Assembly: GCA_017654855.1 (NCBI GenBank) | Contig: CM030332.1 | Span: 6,138,001 to 6,202,000, forward strand | DNA length: 64,000 bases | From: Podospora anserina | Taxonomy: Eukaryota | Reading direction: 5' to 3' | Shown: piece by piece, positions 58,362 to 64,000 of the stretch | How the letters are laid out: each line of letters starts with the position of its first letter | Numbering within the stretch: position 1 is the first letter of the stretch | The notes under the pieces: model-generated | Database searches by the model: none | Seen by the model: the letters and a program-made list of their open reading frames with translations, nothing else | What the model was told of the DNA's origin: nothing | Position numbers and translations under genes: made by a program

Positions 58362-61169
58362 CTAGTCCCTCCTCTCCCGATAAGACCTCCTCGACTTGCC
58401 ACCATACTCCTCGTCATCATCTGACTCGTACTTGTGGCTACGATGTCTGTCCCCCCTCTCCCGGCGGTCATCGTCATCCCGGTCCCGTCTGCTGTGCTGA
58501 CGGTGCCTCCTCTTCTTGTCGTCATCCTCCTCCCTGTCATCGTCTTTTCCCTTCTCAGCTTCATACTCTTTCCGACGACGCTCTATGATTTCAAAATCCT
58601 CTGTCAGCAAACTACTCTCACTGTAATTATCACTGTCTGAATCATCATCGAAGGGGTAGTAGGTACCTCTCAGAGTAGCCGTGGCGTCGGCGTACGCCTG
58701 AATCTCCTCCTTGCTCAGCACCCTCAGCACAATGACGAAGTCGTCTCTAACTTCGAATCGCTCTTTGCCAATGGTGAGAGCCTCGGGATTGACCATCTTC
58801 CTGCTGATCTTGGTCCACCTGGCTCCAGGAGGCACGTTGGCCTTGGTCTTGTCATCCTTGTGAGGCGCAACGCCCTCCCGGACCGGGTTGGGTTCTTCCG
58901 GGAACTTGGGCTTGGGCTGCTTGAGAATGCCCTTGATGGGCTTCTTCTCTGGCTCCTTCTCCTTGGGAGGGTCGACGACACGGACAGTTCTGTCGGTCGA
59001 GGAAGGGGGTGTGATCTCGCCGCTGCTGCTGCGGCTTCCGACTCTGCTGGAGTCTTCCTTGACAACCATGGCCGAGTCGTCCTGGCGGTCACGCTTGTCG
59101 ACAGGGGAAGGTCTGCGCTCGGGAGAGGGCTCCCTCACGGCGGGAATTTCCGGCTTGAACGAGCTGGCCTTGTTCTTTTCTTCAGTCTCGGCCAACTTGG
59201 CCTTGAGTTCAGCCAAACCAGCTGTGTCGTTGGGGTTGAAGGCCGACGAAGCAGCTCTTGGCCGGCGACGAATTGGTCTGCTCTTGCCGTCCTCTTCCCG
59301 GTCTGCCGGGACGGGCACGTTATCGGCATTGGCCTTGGAATCATTCTCCGGCCTCTTGCGGTCGGGCTCAATTTGTGCCGGTGGCTCATTGCGAGCAGTC
59401 TTTTCGCGTTCCTTTTCACGCTCCCTCTCGCGATCTCTATCACGCTCTCTATCACGCTCTCTCTCTCGCTCCCTCTCCCTTTCCCGTTCCCTCTCGCGAT
59501 CTCTCTCTCGCTCCCTTTCTCTGTCCCTCTCACGATCCCGTTCACGATCTCTGTCACGATCACGGTCCGTCGGATGCTCTACAATCTCAAAGTCCTCATC
59601 GCCGAGAAGTGGCTCCTTACGAGGAGGCCTAGAGTAAGCAGACTCAGAGTCACCGTATCTCCGGCGGTCGTCCTCTTCATCTCTGTATCTCCTGGATGGC
59701 GAATCGTTCTTTTCATCTTTTCTGCCCTGCAAAGCAGCCCCGATGCCGAGGGACGCAGCGGCAATGCCAATGCCAGCAGCGAGTGGGTCAACCTTGGCCT
59801 TTCGGCCATCACGATCACGTTCGTCCTCCGAAGGCGGTGACCTGTTGTGCCTCCTTCTGTCTCGGTCGTAGTCGTCATCGATGGCGTACTCGTGGTCACG
59901 ATCACGGCGCTCCCTCCGCTCTCGATCATCGTGATCGCGACGGATGACTTCCAAATCGTCGTCTGATCTCCTCCTCACCTCGCGATCTCCATAGTCCCGG
60001 CGTGGTTCCCGGCGTCGGTCGTCATGGTAGATCCGGTCAGGGGGCCGGCGGGGTTCGTCGAGGGCCGATTCCACGCGGAGGCCAAACCCTCGACTGGCGA
60101 CATCGTCTTGTAAGTATCCCCGATCACGGTCAAAGTCGTCATAGTAGTCATCATAGTGGCCGGCGCGTGGCGGGCCATTTTCGAGGAGATTTAGTGGGCG
60201 AGTGCTGGGAATGCCGTGTGGTTCCGACATGGGGCTGCCAGGCGGGCCTTCGATGGCCAGGCCAGATCGCCTGGCGTCCGGTGCACCAGGCATGCGTACA
60301 CCAGCACCATCGTAGATGCCACCAGCCGCTGGCATTGTCGGAGCTCGGTTGATCTTGTCGAGACCCCAGGTGGTAGGCGGTGGTCCTTGACGAACCCGCC
60401 TCCCTTCATTTTGTTCGTATGGGCGGCCCATGGCCAGGTCGGTGCTGACACTGACGGTAGGGCGGTAGTATCGATCCAGACTCTCTCGTCGTCTGCGCGG
60501 TCGGTCGTGCTCGAGATCGTAGCGAGCAAGCTCACTTGGCTTAGTATACTCGAAGCCATCGTCCTCGTAGTCGACCGTGTTGGAGCGAGGGGGCCCGGTG
60601 TAGACGGGGCGAGTTCGGTATGGATCTCCCCCGCCGCGTGGGAGCCTGTCGGTTTCTGTCCTCTCCTTCAGCCGCCGATACTCGTCGTCATCCATGGCGG
60701 CGCTGAAGGGAGCAGGGCCTCCGGGTGTGCGGCCTCGGTTGGCCGAGACGGCGGGCTGGGTGTAATACTGCCCCTCGTCGCTTGATCGGTAGGGGTCACG
60801 AGAGTCACGCGAGGGGCTGTTGGACCTGGGAGCGGCGGGTGGGTGCTTGGTGGTAACAATGATCGGCCGCTTGTTTGCAGAGTCGATGATGCGATCACGA
60901 GGGCCGTCCTTGACGCTGGTGCTTCTCGCAACGGGCTCTTTTCTCACGGCGTATGAAGTAGCGCTGACAGGAACGGCAGTAGGACGGTAGTCGTCGGATG
61001 GTCTCGTCAAACCCTCATGGAGGGATGCTGTCATGTTATGGATATCGCCGCTGTAGAGAGGATAGCCGGGACTGTGTGTCACGGGCAACGAAGCTCGTGC
61101 TGGATTATAGATGGGAGGGGACCGTCTTCCCACGGCCCCCGAGTATCGGTATCTGGCTGGGTCGGCCAT
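58362..61169 (-). CDS. R/D/E-rich fungal protein with a conserved-looking C-terminal domain; probable intron 58583-58666
   Basis: 935-codon ORF with an (RD/RE)n tract and the C-terminal block KGILKQP..FPEEPNPVREGVAP..ARWTKISRKMVNPEAL..ERFE..VIVLRVLSKEEIQAYA. The 84-nt intron is GTACCT..GCTGAC..TAG. Confidence 0.85.
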   Translation of the reverse strand: MADPARYRYSGAVGRRSPPIYNPARASLPVTHSPGYPLYSGDIHNMTASLHEGLTRPSDDYRPTAVPVSATSYAVRKEPVARSTSVKDGPRDRIIDSANKRPIIVTTKHPPAAPRSNSPSRDSRDPYRSSDEGQYYTQPAVSANRGRTPGGPAPFSAAMDDDEYRRLKERTETDRLPRGGGDPYRTRPVYTGPPRSNTVDYEDDGFEYTKPSELARYDLEHDRPRRRRESLDRYYRPTVSVSTDLAMGRPYEQNEGRRVRQGPPPTTWGLDKINRAPTMPAAGGIYDGAGVRMPGAPDARRSGLAIEGPPGSPMSEPHGIPSTRPLNLLENGPPRAGHYDDYYDDFDRDRGYLQDDVASRGFGLRVESALDEPRRPPDRIYHDDRRREPRRDYGDREVRRRSDDDLEVIRRDHDDRERRERRDRDHEYAIDDDYDRDRRRHNRSPPSEDERDRDGRKAKVDPLAAGIGIAAASLGIGAALQGRKDEKNDSPSRRYRDEEDDRRRYGDSESAYSRPPRKEPLLGDEDFEIVEHPTDRDRDRDRERDRERDRERERERDRERERERERERERERDRERDRDREREREKEREKTARNEPPAQIEPDRKRPENDSKANADNVPVPADREEDGKSRPIRRRPRAASSAFNPNDTAGLAELKAKLAETEEKNKASSFKPEIPAVREPSPERRPSPVDKRDRQDDSAMVVKEDSSRVGSRSSSGEITPPSSTDRTVRVVDPPKEKEPEKKPIKGILKQPKPKFPEEPNPVREGVAPHKDDKTKANVPPGARWTKISRKMVNPEALTIGKERFEVRDDFVIVLRVLSKEEIQAYADATATLRGTYYPFDDDSDSDNYSESSLLTEDFEIIERRRKEYEAEKGKDDDREEDDDKKRRHRQHSRRDRDDDDRRERGDRHRSHKYESDDDEEYGGKSRRSYRERRD

Positions 61170-64000
61170 TTTATTGTTGCTAGTAGCTAGAATCCCACCA
61201 GCAACGGACGAACGTGAGGCGATTGAGTCAACGAGGGATATCTCAACAAGCGGCCAGAAAGAGCTCTAGCAAAAAGCGGTGGGATAAGTGAGGGGAAGGT
61301 GAGAAGAAACAGGCAAGGTAGGTCAACGGAGGTGCGGTATAAGGTGTGTGTGGCCGTCTCTCTCTCCCCAGGCTGCCCGTCGGGGGCGCAGCGTAAGCTG
61401 GTTGGAAGGAGATGGAGACCTCCGTCGGAGGTGTGCGCAGGCGGGGTTATTGCTCAGAAAGTTCGGGTGTGTGTGAGAGAGTGATGGCGGGGCTCCCTCT
61501 CGTTGACGATGTAAGCCTGCCTTGCCCCTCCTACTTATTCAGAAACACCCCGGCCCTGGTCGGCAGCACAACGCAGCTTTGCTTCCACAAATGCTGATGG
61601 AAGGCTCGAGTTCGATCAAAATGCGGATTTCTGCTGATTGGGTCGCAGGGAGGAGACGGTGAGAAAAAGAGGGCGGACGAGTGGTGTTCCGGCGCCGTGG
61701 GGTCGCAGTACAGGCCTTTGAGGAAAGCAGTCCGTGGGGTAATCAATTCGATTCGACTGTTTGACGGGACGAGCTGTGAGCGGTCGGTTGGTGTTTTTGT
61801 GCGTGCGTGTGTGGTGTCGTGTGGAGGAATTGATCGAATAAAAGACGCTTCCGTTATATGACCCGGGTCATCTGTGTCTTCTTTGCTGTGTGCTTCCAGG
61901 GAATGCGACCAAGGTGGGGTGCCGTGTCCGCCTGATGCCCAATCCTCCGTCCTCTCCCTTTACAGGCCGAGTTGCCTCCCTTGGTCACCTTTGTCTTGCC
62001 CCACACCTACCACTATGTACTGGACTGTGTGTACCTTTCTCGATCTTCAGTCTCCCGGCAGGAGACGATAGGACAAGGCTGTGACGGATGTGACAGCCTA
62101 CACAAGCGACACAGAACGAGCTGAAGCTGGGCTGCAGGTGTTGTGTATAGTGAGACGATAGTCAATATTCGCAATCAGCCGTGGGACGAGGCAATATGGC
62201 AACTTGTCAGTAGCCGGGCACGCAGGGAGGAGATGCCGGCTGCCGTGGACGAGGAACTTCCAGCTTGGGAACAGGTCCCGGTTGGCTTGTAGGCTGTCTC
62301 ACGCATAGCTAGCCTCTGTTGTTGCAGAGTTGCCCGGTTCTCCTTTGCCTTTGGGACTACGAGGTATACTATACCTTCAAATCTCTCTAGGTGCAGTAGA
62401 TGGCGCATTCTCCCCCTTTGGACACGGCCTGATGTGATTTCGTCGTGGAAATGTCTCGCCGGCAGGGCACCGACGAGGGTTTCGGAGTGGTTTGCCTGCC
62501 CTATGTGTGGACCCGACCGGGGGTCAACCCACCAGCGCCAATGAGAGTGGAGATCCGGCTTTGCGGGCTGTTATTCTGGACAGTCGGCGATTGGTCAGGC
62601 TATCATCAGGTGGTCATAGCTTTCAAGGTGAAGAGATGACGTCCGTCGTCGACAGCAACGTCTCGTGGTCGATGGACCCTAAGATTGATTGTTTCTTTGC
62701 ATCACGAGCGCTTGTGATTACATGAGAATTATTCTAGGCTGCTTGTTTTTTTTTTGCCGCATCTATTTGAATATCACCATGACGCACCTAGGGTCCAGCG
62801 ATCCTCCGATCGTACGGAGTACACGACACACAAATGCTTCTTAGCATCTTCACCATCCACACCGTTGACCTCACCTTGGAGTCCAAAATCTCGCAAACGG
62901 GAATGCTAAACACCTCGTGTGGACAGGATGCCATGAATACACACAGCTGGACTTACGGTAACCACCTCCATTGCCCGCCGATGCTATGAATCCCACAGCC
63001 AAGCACACCACTTGCGTTGCAAAAGTGCACGAGTGGCAAACTTTTATACAGCCTCTGGTGACGAGTTATGCAGTAGTACCCAGCTCTGTTTCACAGCAGT
63101 CCATTAGCACCAGTTGTTTCTGCACAGCACACAACTCAAGATGCAGAAATTCCGGATTTTCTGCTCCTTCTTTTTATTTTTTGCTAACATTATCGAGCAG
63201 ATCGTGCCGACCCGACAGCCGACAACCGATAATCGTCAGCGATCGATTAGTCAATCGCTGGCCTCTCTCTCACACCCTCTACTCAGGTACCAAGTGTTGG
63301 ACTTTGTTCCCGAACGAGACATGGCACGCATGGTCGTCTTCAAGCACCATCAAGCATCAGAGTCAAGGTAACATCTGAAGATGTTGCTCTCCCCCACCAC
63401 AACAGCCAGTAATTCCACACCAAAGTTGGCTGGGGGGGCATTGGGCATCTACGACACACGCATGCGGTCCCATTTCCATTTCAACCCAACCCAATTAGTT
63501 AATCTTGATGAGTCCCGTGATGCTCTCAACTGGCTCCTCCGTTCCATCCCGTCCCGTCCCTCAGGGGCCTCTAACGATGCTCTCAAGCAGGAAAGTATCG
63601 CTTGCTCTGGTCCGATTGGCATAATGGTACGCGATTGCAGCGCGGGAGGGAGCGCTCTCTCCACTCACACGTGGAAGGGTGATGGTGCTCTTGACTAATG
63701 TCAGTGATTCTCCCAACGTTCCAGCAATTCAGAGCTCTCAGACCGCGGGAAGCGGGGAGATGGGACGACGGGAGTGAGGAGGGGTGGAGGAGGCCCAAGT
63801 TGGTGGTGAACGCGGAGGGAGCATTCACTCCCCTTGCCCATACCCCTTTCTTTCCACACACCCGTCCGCTGTTGCATACATTGAAGCGCGGTATACCCGC
63901 CTGGGCAACGGCATGTCGTTCTTGGCAAGTCGTCTGGCAGTTGAGTGGGGGGGTTGCCCGGCACGGGATGTTTATATCAAGAGTCTCTTGCTGAGTCTGT

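Noticed and set aside
61858-61871. Perfect 14-bp palindrome ATGACCCGGGTCAT
   Set aside because: About four such palindromes are expected by chance in 64 kb (64000/4^7).

Overview
This is eukaryotic DNA from a filamentous ascomycete: short GT-AG introns with CTRAY branch sites, microsatellites and an intron-containing tRNA. The gene set and compositional style suggest Sordariales, possibly Podospora-like (inference only). Recognisable genes, in order: the 5' end of VPS10, a SUN/GH132 glucanase, a C2H2 transcription factor, DGAT2 (DGA1), a type-B carboxylesterase, a PQ-loop transporter, an S1/P1 nuclease, an N/Q/G-rich secreted protein, an interrupted aspartic-protease-like frame, tRNA-Pro(AGG), a 53-aa secreted peptide, an Asterix/UPF0139 ER protein, MED12/SRB8, an uncharacterised two-domain protein, a SnoaL-like protein and an RD/RE-rich protein. 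Three observations stand out. (1) Part of the apparent 14-kb gene desert (37.2-51.2 kb) looks like the multi-intron, ATG-free 5' leader and hidden first coding exon of the 51-54 kb gene, joined by a 2.65-kb intron; that protein has two diverged copies of one domain separated by an 812-nt intron. (2) A roughly 555-codon aspartic-protease-like frame is broken by three in-frame TAGs, one at a conserved Trp, which fits either RIP decay or sexual-stage A-to-I restorative editing. (3) A uORF overlaps the MED12 start codon. No intact transposon, CRISPR array or rRNA was seen. Family assignments come from motif recognition by eye, not database searches.
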